A stretch of DNA of 64,000 nucleotides from Lama glama. Taxonomy: Eukaryota. Position 1 is the stretch's first letter. Every line of letters begins with the position of its first letter. Both the position numbers and the translations under genes were made by a program. Positions 24,580 to 38,780 of the stretch are shown one piece after another. Location of the stretch: positions 9,674,001 to 9,738,000 of the forward strand of contig CM052832.1 of NCBI GenBank assembly GCA_028534125.1, written 5' to 3'. The notes under the pieces are model-generated. The model saw nothing but the letters and a program-made list of their open reading frames with translations, was not told where the DNA came from and did not search any database.

Positions 24580-27039
24580 GAGAGCTTTGCCCCTCTTACC
24601 TCACCCGGACCTCCCCTTAAGCTCGTAGACTGAAACAAATACCCCATTTTATACATGAAGAAACTGAGGCTCTATCGCTTGCCTGGGGTCATGTGGCAGA
24701 GCTGGAACTCCAGAGGCGTCTGATTCCGAAGCCCTCAGTAGGGGATCAGGAAATGTCTGTCATGTCCCTTGTTTACTTGATTATTCATTCAAACATTCAT
24801 TCATGTTCTTCTTTATTCATTGAAGAGACTCAGGGGAAGATGGGGAAGAAGAGCAGTAGAATCTACTTCCTCCTGGTGAACTATTTTGAGAACAGGTGCT
24901 GGGTGGCCACCGCCTTCCAGGGCGGGGAGCCCTGCTGCCGAGGTGACCCCTGTGAGTCCGGCCTTGGTGGCTCTGCTGTCCTGGGAGTGGGGACAGGACA
25001 CTGTTCCACCGCCCTACCCTTTTCAAAATGTCCTCCATGACTCAGCAAAGAAACCATGGGTCTGAAATCAGAGATGAGGCCAAAAAACCCTCAAAAATGT
25101 TGTCTTTTCTTGGAGGAATTTCCCTTTCATGTCGCTCATTCCTCAGCCAGGGAATCCAGGAAGCCTTTGGCCTGTGGTCAGCTGTGACCCCCATTCTGGT
25201 TTCCTGGGACTCAGCCCTCCCCCCACCCCCGACTCCTCCCCAGGCCTGGGGACAGCGTCAGTTCTTCGGTGATCTCTCGTTGCACAGGGCTTGCTCAGCC
25301 CAAGTCTCCTTAGCTTGTCCTTAAATCATTAAATCCAGATCCTGGACCCAGATGATCTGGGCCCCAGTTCTGCCTCTGCCTCCTCCTAGCTGTGTGACTT
25401 TGGGCAAGTCACTTCACCTCTCGGTGCCTCGGTTTCCTCCTCTGAAAAGTGGAGACAACAATGAATTTGAGGATTAACAAAACCAATTCATGTAGAGCAT
25501 TTAGAACTACGCTTGGCGCCCAGTAACTGCTGTATAACTGTTGTTCTTGTTATTGATTATGACGCAGAGATTAATACCTGGAGGAGAGTAGGGTGGAGTC
25601 ATGCTAACTTCCTCTCTTTTCATGTGTTCTAATCTCACCCCAGAATGTGTGTGAATTCTCAACTATTCACGTTGTAGAGAGCTGAAGGGGTAACTGTGTA
25701 TGAGGGAAATACATTAATAAATTAAAAAGCCCCGGGCTGCCCTTTGAAAATGAGATTCTTGTACATGGATAAGAGGCATGACTCAATAGATTGTTGATTT
25801 GGGAATAACCGCATTTCATCCTAGGAGGGGGTTGCTCTCTGAGAATGTCCAACCCTGGGATAGAGAGGTGTGCCTTCTGAGAGGGAGTTTACAGATAGAC
25901 TGAGAAATTCAGTGTCAAGATACATGGACAACAGGGAAAGGAGAGTCATTTCTGGCTAGAGGGGGGCTTCTGGCTCTCAGCCCTAGATGTGTTTCATAAT
26001 CACCTGGGGATAAACATACAGAACCTAGGCCTTATGCCTAGAGAGTCTGATACCCAGGTCTAGGGGTGGAACAGGGGCATCAGAATCCCTCCCAAGCTCA
26101 CCAAGTGATCAGGAATGGGGCCAAGTGGTAAATGGGGACAACGCAGTCATTACAGCACATACTATAAACTGGACATGGTATTGCATTTCTCCCCCTCAGA
26201 ACCACCCCTCCAGCAGCTAATATGATCCTCATTTTATATGTAAGAACACTGAGAGTCAAGGTCACACAGCAAAGCCCATGTTTTAATCCCCATCTGAGTC
26301 TAAAGGCCTGACATATTTTTGCTACATCTCACACTACAGGAGGCCAGCCTGGAAGACACTTACCAGAAATGGAAATGAAGATCATCTGCTCTGATGTAAA
26401 CTATAAAATCAATACATAATGGGTCAGAGCAAAGATATGCAAACTGATTTAAAGATACACAGAGGCTTCCAGAGCCAAGGAAGGCTCGACCTTAACCCGT
26501 GGCCTCTATTAACATATCTAAAGAAAGAATGCGTCAGTGGGGCTGGGGGGTGCTTGGGCCCATAAGTCTGACACTGTGTGGGATGAGGGAGGGGTCCCGG
26601 CCTTGCTGACCTCTGGCAGCATTGTAATCTGGCATCAACCCTTTCCCTTGACTTTCTTCCTTCTCTCCCGACCTCTCTGGATGTTGTTTCCTTCCAAGGC
26701 TCCTCTTTCTCCACCTGCCCCTTAAATGTGGGTGGTCTGTGCACTGCGCTCCCCCACATTCAGGTGGCAGCCTCCAGTCCGGGGCTCGGTTGCCTGTGCT
26801 GAGGACTTCAGAGATGTGTACACCTAATGTTCGGACTCAAGGCATCAAGGTCAAGGTCAGGGAGAGGGGCGGGTGTCTGCAGCCGGGACCAAAATTCACA
26901 TCCCAGCTGGGCCCTTGGCTGGCTGTGGACCTTAGAAGTTACATTATAGTTTTTTTTTAAGTCTCAGTTTCTTTACCTGTGAAATGGGTTAGTAATGCCT
27001 ACCTCAAATGATTGTTGTGAGATTGAAAATAGACTAGGC

Positions 27040-27475
27040 TTATTTGTGGCAACATGGATGGACCTGGATGGAGATTGTCATATTAAGTGAAGTAAGCCAA
27101 AAAGAGAAAGAAAAATACCATATAATGCTTATATATGGAATCTAAAAAAAAAAAGTCACAGATTAACCTATTTACAAAACAGAGACAGACTCACAGACAT
27201 ATAAAACAAACTTACAGTTACCAGGGGGCAAAGGAGGTGGGGAGAGAGAAATTAGGAGTTCAGGATTTGCAGATACTAACTACTATATATAAAATAAACA
27301 ACAAGCACCTACTGTATAGCACAGGGAACTATATTCAATATCTTGTAATGGTCTATAATGAAAAAGTATATGAAAAGGAATATATATATATGTATAAATG
27401 AATCACTATGCTGTACACCAGAAATTAACACAACGTTGTAAGTTGACTATACTTCAATAAAAACATAAAATTATA
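27040..27475 (+). mobile_element. Artiodactyl/camelid-type L1 3' end inserted in a MIR
   Basis: gcaacatggatggacctgg...aagtgaagtaagcc...ctgtatagcacagggaactatattcaatatcttgtaat...gactatacttcaataaaa. Flanking aaaa(t/g)agactag repeats. Confidence 0.88.
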
Positions 27476-30400
27476 AAAGAGACTAGCCCCCCCAAGCACA
27501 CAGTAAGAACCCTATAAACGGCTCTGTGTATTATGTTGAGTTGCTGTGGGACCTCACTTGAATGTGGATACTTCAAAAGTAACCTGTGAAATAGAGAATT
27601 TTTTCCCTTAAATCTGTTCTCCCACTTAGATTCCTAATCCAAGGAAATAGAAACACCTTCCCTCAAATTGCCAAAGCCAGGATCCCAAGGGTCATCCTGG
27701 ACTAGCCCCCCCCACCGCCGCCCCACCATGGCCACCGAGTTCCAGTGATTCTGTCTCCTGCATTTCTTTTGTTGTCATAAGCTGCCCTTGGAATTTCTCA
27801 CCCAGTTATTACAAGACCCTCTTAACTGCTCACTCAGCTTCCTCCTCCCCAAGCTCCCAGTGCTTCTGTCCTCAGGTTCTGGTCCAGATTCAACCCTTTA
27901 ATAGCGCTTCATTGCCTTTGGGGCACAACTCCAATTCTGCTGCTACCAAGAGCCCTTCCGGATCTGTCCTGCCTCCTGTCCAGCCTCTGTTTCAGCCTCT
28001 GTCCTGTCTTGCACCCTACCTGCTGGCAGTGCTGAGCCACACAGCAGATATTTCAGGTTCTCACACCTCACTAAGCATCAGTGTCTTCGCTAGGTGACAC
28101 ACACACACACATACACAGGCTGGAATGGGTGGTCTCCTCCCAAGGTTTCTGTTTTTCCAATGAGACTCTGAGCCCTCAACTCCTAGTGGGCATCTCTGGG
28201 TGCCTGGTATGGGACAGGCTCTCAGTTGGAGGCTCTCCTAATAAAATATAATATTGCTTGGTGTGGGTTGAGCACAGTTCTGTACACTTTACATCGTCAC
28301 ACCTCCATGGGTCAGCTACGTGTCATTCATCAGTTCTACTGTATTTATTGAACACTTCCCTCTGGCCAAGCCCTGATCCAGGCACTGGGGATGTGGCAGA
28401 GAAAGGAGGATGGGAATGCTGGAGGTGGGGGAAGGGATTCCCAATTTATCTAGGAAGGTTGGGAAAGCCCCTCAGAAAAGGTGAAGATTGAGCAGAGGCA
28501 TGAGAGCAGGGGAAGGGAGCTGTGTGGGAATCTAGGGCAAGAGTGGTCCAGGCAGATGGAAGAGCCAGGACAAAGGGGGATCACTAGCCCCATGTGACAG
28601 ATGAGGAGACCAAGAGTCTAGGTTAGGTCATCCAAAGTCACAGAATAAGCGGCAGCGCTGGGTTTCAAACCCAGTTCTCCTAACTCTTGACACGTGCTGT
28701 CAGCTGTTCTTCTACACTGTATTTCGTGGGTCACATTCGATGCCGTGGCTGAGGGCAGGCTGGCTCTGTTCATCATGCGAGACTCTGGATGGAGTTTGGT
28801 TTCTCATGTCAGGGGTCAGGGATGGCATGGGCAGATCAGCTGGCTCCGTAGTCAGGTTCACCTGTGGCTGTTTTTCTGTTTTGTCTCTCCGTTTCTTTCT
28901 GTGGCCTCTATTGGAGACAATTAGGTTGTATCTACTCTCCAGGCAGCCTCCAAAATACATGCTTTTTCCTGCAAAGCTCAGGACCAGACCCCGAATTACG
29001 GTGACTTGACCAAAGCAAATTCCCCCTGGCTGGTCCATAGTCAGAGTGGCCTCTGTGGGTTCTGTCTCACCCCGCAGCTTCCTGTAGACATCAGCAGGAG
29101 GAACTGGGGCGAGCATCTTTGCAGAGGTGGTATATGAGCTGACCTTGAAGGACCTGGAGCATTTCAAGAGAGGTGGGGATGGGGTTTTTAGGCAGAAAGA
29201 AGTGTGTGAGCTGAGCAGAAGCATCGTGTTGGACTATGCAGTGGCTCTGGAGTATAGGCAGGAGGAGGGGGTGTTTTTGGGGAGAGGAGATAAGGTTAGA
29301 GGGCAAATTTAGGGTAGATCATGGCAGCCTTTTTGTTTTTAATGGCTGACTTTGCATGTCCATTTCAGATAAGTGGTCTGGATTTTGCCCTGTAGACATA
29401 GAGATTTTTAGGTTTTAAGAAGCAAAGGAAGCACATGTGCATTCCTGAAGTTTTTGAAAGAGTGTTTGGGCAATAGTGGGGAACAGGCTGGAGAGGGTGA
29501 ATGCAGGTAGAGACCAGTGGGAAGAGACTGTTGCAGCAGCACTAGGGTTTGGTGGGAGCGCCTGAGTCTTGAGTGGAGGAGCCAGACTCCAGAGACACTT
29601 TGCAAGTGGAGGTCACAGGATGTGGTTATAGGTTCATGTGGAAACTCAGAGCAAGAGGAGCTAAGAAAGAATAATGCCAGCATTTTCAGCTTGGGTGATC
29701 CCATGGATCAGGGTTCACTGACACAGAATGCAAAAAAAGGGAAGGATAGGTTTTGAGTAGCTTGCATTTCGAGGCATCTCTGTGACATCCAGGTAGGGGT
29801 GTGGGCTGGGAGTTTGGGATGGAGGTTAGAGCTGGAGAAACATGAAAGCTAAGGCTGAAGGAATAGGGGGAGGTCTCAGAGGTGTACATACGAGGAGAAA
29901 ACCCAGGGCCTTAAGCCCTAGGAGATGTTTGTAGTTCTAGAGACAGGTGGAGGAAGGAGGAGCCAGGGGATGAGTATTTTGATTAAGGCATCACTGGGAC
30001 CATTTGACACACCTCAGCACCCGCTGGCAGGCGACCGAGAGCACATCTCAGGAAGGGTGCTCGGTTGACCTAGTCTGGGTTATCTGCTCAGAGGCACTCA
30101 GACCAGGGGTGCTTCCGGTCAGCCTGGGCTTGTTTACATGGCCTTTGTGCGGGCTGCTTTCTTCCTCTGCAAACGACCAGCCTCCCACTGCTGAGCAGAA
30201 GCTCGTGAAAGTGGGGATCCTGACTTCTCCCCCATTGCTCTCCAAGGAGCTCAACTGAGGGCGTTGCACGCTGTAGGGACCAAACACCATTGAAGGGGGC
30301 TGATGACCAAGCAGAATGGGTGGCAGCGGTGCCCTTGGTCTGCTGCTTCTCCCTGAGTTCTTTTTTAAGGGGAACATCTCGTTTTGTGGAGTGGGTAAAA

Positions 30401-30769
30401 CTTGCTCCCTGAGTCTTGAGTTGCTTTGGGCTTGCTTGACCCATCCATTCTGGATCGGATTTTTCCCAGTGAAATACCTACTAAAAGTTGCACTTTGAAC
30501 ATGAGATTGGCGGGGGGCCGGGGGAGGGGAGACTCCTCGCACTTTCCATGCATAACCTTCCTTACATTACTGTAAGCCTCGGAGGCAGACATGACTCCCC
30601 TATTTTGCAGAGGAGGAATCAGATCATTTCACCCCTGTCACACAAGGAAGTGGTGGAGGTAGGATTCAGGCCCAGGTCTAACTCAGAAGCCCCTATGCAC
30701 TCAATCACTCATGCTCAGGCCTCCCTAGGTAAAAGGTGACCATATAATTTATTATCCAAACTTTTAAAT

Positions 30770-31455
30770 GCTTTTTTAAAAGTCTTACTGAGATTATAAT
30801 TTTCATTTCATAGAATTCAACTATATAAAGTATACACCTCAGTGGTTTTGAGTATATATAGAGAGACTTGTACAATCATCACCATAATCCAATTTTAGAA
30901 CATTTTCATCACCCCAAAGAAAAAGAAACTCAGCACCCATTAGCGTCGCCACCCCAGCCCTAGGCAACCACGAGTCTATTTTCTGCCTCTATAGATTTGC
31001 GTATTCTGAACAATTCATATAAATGGAATCATATGATGTGTGGTCTTTGGGTTGGCTTCTTTCACTTACCATAAGGCTTTCAGGGTTCATTCTTGTTGTG
31101 GCATGCACCAGTACATCATTCCTTTTATGAATGACTGAGTGATATTCCATTGTACAGACAGACCACGTTATAGGAATTATATTTGTTCATATGTTGATAG
31201 ACATTTGGGTTGCTTCCACTTTTTGGCTATCATTAATAATAATGCTCTGATATTTGTATATAAGTTTTTGTGAGGATACATGTTTTCATTTTTTCTTGGG
31301 TATATCCTTAGGAATAAAATTGCTAAGTTATATGGTAACTGTGTGTTTAACGTTTTGAGGAACTGCTAAAGTGTTTTTCCAGAGTGGCGGCACCATTTTA
31401 CATTCCCATCAGCAGCGTACAAGGGCTCCAATTTCTCATCCTCACCAACATTTGT
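30770..31455 (-). mobile_element. L1MB-like 3' end splitting a MER94-like element
   Basis: L1 antisense motif ccccagccctaggcaaccac...aaatggaatcat. MER94-like halves aggtgaccatataatttattatccaaac and ccaaactgagatacttttgagagtgaag on either side. Confidence 0.8.
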
Positions 31456-31988
31456 TATTCCAAACTGAGATACTTTTGAGAGTGAAGGGTGCACCATTAA
31501 GAATCATACCAGGACAACCAGTACTAACTGGAACATATTCTACTTAGTTACAAAAGAAATTAAAAGATTCAATTCCTGATTTCAGAGAACTTTCTGGCCA
31601 CATTATGAGTCAAAGCCCCCAAACCCACATACTTGAGTCAATTAAAGAATCAAGTAAAGGTAAATTATTAAGAAGGAAAGCAAAGCAAAGCACATTTTAT
31701 TTCCCCCCAGGAGATTATATTCTCTTTAAGAGAAAAGAACTATCTTATTTGTCCTTGAATTGTTCCTGGCCCCAGGAAAATTCTGGCATTTGATATGGTG
31801 TCAATAAAGATCTGTGGAATAAATGAATGAATGAAAGAATGAATGATACAAACTCCCCTGGAGGGAATGTAAAAAAAAAAAAATAGAATGGTCATCTGGC
31901 TTGGATTTGTGAGTTTGGAGGAAGCATGGATCTTTTCTAAAAAAAATTTTTTTTTGCTCAGTGTTATAACAACACTAATGACTATTTT

Positions 31989-32089
31989 ATTTTATTTTTA
32001 ATGTATTTAACGGAGGTACAGGGAACTGAACCCAGGACCTCATGCATGCTGAGCATGCGCTATACCACTTGAGCTATGCCCTCCCCCTT
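31989..32089 (-). mobile_element. tRNA-Ala-derived SINE (Vic-1-like, short-tail form)
   Basis: TSD ctaatgac(t/a)atttt at 31975-31988 and 32090-32103. Confidence 0.9.
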
Positions 32090-35000
32090 CTAATGACAAT
32101 TTTAAAAGGAAAAAGTAAGTAACCTACAATTCAAAAATCTTAAGCTGGATTTTGCAAGTGTGCAGGGCTGAGGAAAGAAAGGTGGAGGGGAAAAAGGCCT
32201 TCCAAGAAGGGGGGTTTTGCCTAGCAGCAAGTCTGTAACCCAGAGTACGTGTCTTTATCCTACAGGAAGTGAATGAAATTTGGTAATAAAAAGATGTGGT
32301 ACCCCAGGAGTTCCCAATCTTTGGGAGAAAATCCAAGTACAATTTATCACAACCTGTAACTGGCTGTGTACCCTTGGGCAAGGCGGTTCTCCTCTCTGTG
32401 CCCTGTCAATCTTTCTGGCTCTAAATTGCCCTGAATCTTTCAATCCTGCAACCCTGGAAGCTTCCTGGAATTGGTGGGCCAGGAGCTAGGCCTTGAAGGA
32501 GGACGCTAGATTTGAAGAAAGGGGCATGATGCCAGGGGTGGGTGATAAAGCCCCATAGTGGGCTGAATGCTCCAGCCGAGATAAAATGGGATTGGGTGCC
32601 TTGGCCCTGATGAAGGGGAACTTTAAAAGCCAGGCTAGTTGACTTTTAAATTTGACCTGATAAGCAGGTCCTTGGACTGGAGATGAAAGGAGTGTCTGTG
32701 AGAGATTAATCTGATGGCTGGGGGCCACTGATCCTGGATCGATCTGGAAGCAGGGTAAAGACCGAGAGGCTGTCAGAGAAGCTTTTGCAATAGTAACATG
32801 GGCCTAGCCTTTCAAAAGAGGGTGGGAAACTCCTTCAGTCAGTCTTCTGATACACAGTGGCTTCCACGGAGTTTCATTGCCTTTAACCATAAGTAATTTA
32901 AAGCATTATTTTTATATTATAACAATTATGACTGTATTATGGACAAGATTCCAAATATATATACATTTCTAAGGCAGAATATTAGATGTGAAATACATTT
33001 CAGGTTTGCAGAAGGCAATTTTAGATTATGTGGCCAGATTCCTCAAGAGAGATGAATTGTCTCTGCTGTCAAGGGGGTTTACTTTGGTGGCAAAGTTCTC
33101 AAAATTTGCTAAAAGCCTACTGGAGGAATGGGAAGGGTGGGGTCTAAGTGAGCTTCAGGGAATGGTTTTGTTGGGCCAGTTAACTAATTGGATACAGGAA
33201 GCCCAAGAAAGGAAGAAATCCAAGATGGCACCAGGGCTTAAAATCTGAGGACTCTTAAGAAAGGTTGTGCTACTCATGAAAAATGTACAAATTAAGAGAA
33301 GGGTGGGAAGATGATGGTCTACCTTGAGAACATTGGGAACGGGTGGCCTTGAGAACAAAGAACTGGCTAGGTTAGCCATGGAGGAACGCGTACCCCTTGG
33401 TCTTTCCCAGCCTTTCCTAAGGCCTTCAAAGTTCTGTCCCCTGGCTTGGCATGTTTGGTACTTGGCCTAGTTTAGTTTCGATATATCACTGCTAAGTAAG
33501 ATGTTCACTGTAGGGTTTTATTAGATGCCCTATATTAGACTAAGGGAGTTTTCCTCTATTCCTAATTTGCCAAGAGATTTTTCTTATTGTAAATGGATAT
33601 TGAATTTTATCAAAAACTTTTTTGGCATCTGTTCATGTGATCGTGTTTTTTTTTTTCCCTTTAATCTTTTAGTGTGATGGATTATATTGACTTTTTCAAA
33701 ATAATAAAATAACCATGTATTTTTGGTATAAAGTCAATAACATATTGCCCTTTTTATATATTGCTGCAGTCAGTTTGCTAACATCTTGTTTAGGATTTTG
33801 CATTCATGTTCCTAAATGTAATTTTCTTTTTTCATATTGTTCTTGTTTGGTTTTGGAATCAAAGTTACACTAAAAATGAATTGAGAAGTGAATCTTCTTT
33901 TTATATTCTCTGAAAGAGTTTGAGATTGAAATTACTTTCTTCTTGAATGTTTGCTAGAACTCTTTGCTTGTTTGCTATTGAAGTCTGTCCCATATGTGAA
34001 TGATAATAGAGAAAGAAACTTTTGTGGGAGGTAAAGTAGCTTAAGCAATAAGAAAAATATACTATCTTACACATCACAAAAAGTCCAGAGGTAGGTGGTT
34101 CCAAGATTGGTTAATTCAGCAGCTCAACAACATCGGGGAGAGAAATTTGCTCTGCTCTTTCAGCTATCATTCTCAGGTGTTAGCTCCTTCTCTCAGCATT
34201 GCAAGATGGCTGCAGCTGCTCCAGGCATCACAGCAATATGGTTAAGAGTGTGGACTCTGTAGCCAAACCTGGTTTCAGATCCCAAAGCTATATGATGTTG
34301 GGTCAACTGCTTAACTTCTCTGTCAAAAGGGATAATAATAGTGCTTTACCTCAGAAGTTTAATATTATATGGATTAAATCAATTAGGTTTTTGAAAAAAC
34401 TCAGACTGGTGCTTGGTGCATAGTGAGCATATTAACATATCTTACTCCATTCTCACATGAGGCAGAAATGAATTTGTTTTCCTCTTGTACTTCATTTATT
34501 GAAACCACTTGGTAGACTTACTTCACAACTTACTGGCCAGAATATGGAACTGCCCTTTCCTAAACCACCTATGGAAGTATCATGATTTGGTTTGGAGTAA
34601 TTTAGATTCAACCTCTGAGAGCAAGGAAATGTGTGTTGGGGGGTCCCTTGAAACAACCATCTGATACTGCAACCAAATCTCGGTTCTGTTTGCAAGGCCG
34701 AAGTTGGGGTGGTGATAGTGGAGGCTTTTGAGAGTCACACAAAGAGGGGCAAGATAGGAGTTTCCTTCCTTCCTGGTTCTCTGTGGTGTTCCTGGGAATC
34801 GCCCATTAGATCTGCCCAGCACAGCACGGCACATTTTGCTTGGTGCTTGTTAACTCGAGCATTGCCTCATCTGGGCTCAGAACCACCCTCTAAGCAGTTT
34901 GGGCTCTTGTTAGCCCCTTGAATAGATGGGGAAACAGGCTCCCAGAGTTGAGGTTCTTGCCTGGTCTGTTTTTTCCTCTTCCACGAATTCCCAGTTGTCT

Positions 35001-37159
35001 GTCATTTACCTGCAACCCTCGTAACTGCCACATTCATGTGCCTCCTCTGCTACTGTTTATGCAATAGTTTCAGAATTAACAGTTTTTCATTAAATAAGTG
35101 TATCTTAAAAGGAAGGTTGATAAAATCCCAGGTTTGAGGTTCTGGTACACAGACACACACAACTTTAAAGTGAGCTCAAAACTGTTAAAAATATTTATTC
35201 AGGCTTATCTGGCACCTGACTATGTCCGAACCCCAGCTCTGATGAGGCAGCACACGCCGGTCTCCACCCAGATGTCCACGGACCTCACATTCCAGAGCGC
35301 AGCAGCCCCCTTCCAAGTGCCAGCCTTGTCACTTTGTTGGATAGCTGTTCCAGCTGTCAGGGCCCACTGTGCCCACCCTGTGCAGGAAGGCTGGACGTGC
35401 TCGTGACTGATTCCAGACCACTCCCTCCATCCCCTGCAGTCTTCAACCACAGGCCAGGCTGCTGGAGTTGGTGGACAGGTGTCCCCGCTCCCTCACCCCT
35501 ACCTCAGAAGCTGGCACTCCGGGCACGCACTTTCCATGTATGGCCCGTCACCTCCCAGAGCTCCCTAGCGGGACCGAGTCCCCTTTGCCCACAGTGGTAG
35601 CTCACTCAGTGATGCCCTCTTTACTGGCTTCCTTCCTTTCCCGTCTCATTTCCCTACTCTCAGGGGCTTCCTGGAATCCCCCCACCCCCCAGCTATATTA
35701 CTGCACTTGATTCCTTGTCTCAGAGTCTGCTTCTGGGGAACCCAAACTAGGCCACTGGCCAGCTGTCCGGCGTTGGGCATTACCTAACTTCCGTGTGTCT
35801 CCCTGTGCCCGGCTGTCATAGGAGGGGAGTAGCAGCACCTGGACTCACAGGGTGCACTGGTGAAGGCCTCAGTGCCTGGCTAAGAGAAGGTGCTCAGCAA
35901 GTGAATCTATTATTATTATTACTACTGCGAATTCTCCGGTGTGCTACCATGGGTGGGTGGCCCATGGCTGGGGCCTACACTTTCTCTGGGTGTCCCCTTC
36001 CTGTGTTGGCCTTCTGATGCCCCGTGTACTCCTGAGCTCCCTCAGTGCCCCCTCTTGTGCCATAGGCTCTCATGGAATTCAGGTGACCTGAAACACCGGC
36101 CCGCACCCTCCCCCTGCAGCCAGCCATCCCATCACACACAAACCACCCTGCCGACCTCTGGTGGCTGTTGCAGATGTCCAGGTAGAGAAGTCTTCTGTCT
36201 TAATCTCAGGATTCTCTATGATACAGGATTACCATCATCATCTCCTCCAGGCTGGAAGCTCTCAAAATGGAGGCTTCTCATCTCTGACTCAGGATTTGGT
36301 GCCAAGAGGTGCCAGTCAGTGTGGACGGTTAATGATCACAGCTCCCTTTATTGAGCACTTACTAGGAGCCTGGCACCGCTGTAGGCGCTTTCCACGTATT
36401 AATCCTTGCAGCCACCCTCTGAGGCACGTGCTGTTACTCTCCCCATTTTGTAGATGAGAAGCCAAAGACAGAGAAGTTAAGTAAAACCTGCCCAAGATCT
36501 CACAGCTGGCAAATGGCAGAGCAGGGCATCAGCCTGACGCCAGAGCCTTCTGACTTCTCACGATGCTTATCTCGTGCCTAGAATGAAGAAGGCTGGCTTC
36601 CTTGCTTCCCAGCTGAGAGCCCAAAGACCAGGTGTCTTTGCCAGGTGTTTTGCTGTAGCACGTTACACATCCACATCTGAGGCTAAGATCTCACCTCACC
36701 CTTAGCTGTGGAGCAGGAGCCTCAAAGAATGATTGGGTGGGAAAGCCTCATTTCATTTCTTCAGAATCAGACGGGCCAGCATGAGGGAGCAGAAGCACAG
36801 GTGTGATTGTAGAGGCTGTGCTCTAATTTTGTGATAAGGAGAGACCTGACAGGCTCAGGCCAGTACCTGAACTTTCTTTTCACAAACAATATATGTACCA
36901 GAGATTGCAAACTGCTCCCCACCCGTCAGATCCAGTCTGTAGAGCATGTGTGTGCCTTGGAGACAAAGGAAATGTATGTGACACTCATTACCACAGTGTA
37001 GCAAAAGACTGGGGCTACGCAGCACCCCCTGGCTTTGTGGGGGAACACATGCTGTGCACTGCACCCAACCCCACCCCTCCCCACTGGCCCCATGACCACG
37101 AATGAGTTGCCATTTTTCACATGGTTTGTGCTGGTGTTTTTCTTACATCCAGTTTGTCT

Positions 37160-38080
37160 CATTCATGCGTTCACTGATTCATTCAAAAAAAGATTTTTTG
37201 AACACCAACTATGAACCAGGCACCGTTTTGTTTTGGTGGGGTAGCAAGGGAGTGGACAAACTATAAACAGAACATGTAGGTAAAGCATAAAGAGGTAGGT
37301 TAGGGGTTAGTGGTAAGCAGAGAAATAAAGCAATGAAAGGGCCCAGAAAGAATAAGGGTTGGGGTAGGATGGCCGGGAGAGGCCATATGAGGAATATGAC
37401 TTGAGATAAAGCCAAAGGAAGTGAGGGAGAGGCCATGCGGATATTGAGGGCAAAACATTCTAGGCAGATGGAACAACAAATACAAAGGGAACATGTGTGG
37501 AGGAGCCCCCTGTGGCCAGAGCAGAATGAGTGAGACAATCACAGGAGTGAGTGGAGAGCCACTTAGGGCTGCTGTGTTGAGATTGGACTGCAAGGGGCAA
37601 GGGCGGACCAGGGATGCCCATCTGGAGGCTGCTACCCCAACCCAGGCGAGAGGTGATGCCACTTAGACCAGGATGGTAGCAGTGGAGACAGAGAAAAGGC
37701 AATGACTGGAGATTTCTTTTGGACATAGCATCAACCAGAAATGAGTGATGGGAGACCAGTAAGGACAAAGGAGGATTGAATTTGGACCAGGGAGGTTGCA
37801 GAGGGCCAGAAGGAAAAAGGGTGGATTCTGGACTTATTCTCAAAATAGACCCTCCCTTCTCTGCTGGTGGATGGATGTGGGATTTGAAAGAGTGGGGTCA
37901 AGGATGACACCGAGTGTTTCGGCCTGAGCAGCTGGAAGCGTGGAGTTGCCATGCGCTGATATGGGGAAGCTGGTAGGAGGAGCAGGCTTCTCGGGGGAAA
38001 GCTTAGGATCTCCGTTTTGGAGAAGTTGAGTCTAAAGGTGCTTGTTGGACCCCAGTGGGGAGTTGCCGAGAAGGCAGCCT
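37160..38080. mobile_element. L2 fragment
   Basis: (attc)n end, ccaggcaccg, gtcaaggatgacaccgagtgtttcggcctgagcagctggaag. Similar L2 tracts at about 15090-16860, 28330-29980 and 59920-61090. Confidence 0.75.
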
Positions 38081-38588
38081 CCCAGGTAAAACAGAACAGA
38101 AAACAGGTCAACTCACATGCCAGCTCTAATTTGGTAGCACTGCCCAGAGTGCTCTGTTGACGTTTTTAAGGCCCATCCAGGCTCAGAGGGAGTTTCTTGA
38201 TCAATAAAGAAGCTTGTCTTGGGAGCCGTATAGACAAATAATGGCAAATTCTGGACAGAAGGCATTCCATTGTAGAGAGGGAAGAAAATGTGAAAAAATG
38301 TTATTCTATGTATTTTTACCTTATCCTTTAAAATTTCTTAGTATGTTCTATAACGTACATATACTATCTTAAGAGTGGCAGGTTTGAACATAGTTTATAA
38401 ATTAAATATTCTATATCTATTGGAAGAGTATGCTCAGTTTTTAATGAGGAATAGATGAACAAAGAGTTTTGAAGATTACTGATCTGAAATATTGTAGTAT
38501 AGATGCTCAGAATAGTCATTTTGACTGGATTTCTGTCAGCCCTGAAGTGTCTCCTGAATCCTCAAAGAAAAAACAAAATTATGTTCAC

Positions 38589-38780
38589 TTTTTTTTTTAA
38601 TTGAAGTATAGTCAGTTCCCATGTGTCAGATTCTGGTGTACAGCAGAAATGTCCCAGTCATGCATATATATACATATATTCGTTTTCATATTCTTTCTCA
38701 TTAAAGGTTATTATAAGATATTGAATGTAGTTCCCTGTGCTCTACAGAAGAAATTTGTTTTTTATCTATTTTTATATACA
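38589..38780 (-). mobile_element. Camelid-type L1 3' end, 5'-truncated
   Basis: Poly-T followed by aattgaagtatagtcagtt...tataagatattgaatgtagttccctgtgct. Confidence 0.8.

Noticed and set aside
28694..29312. Overlapping ORFs on both strands suggesting a processed pseudogene
   Set aside because: No recognisable protein, poly-A tail or TSD.
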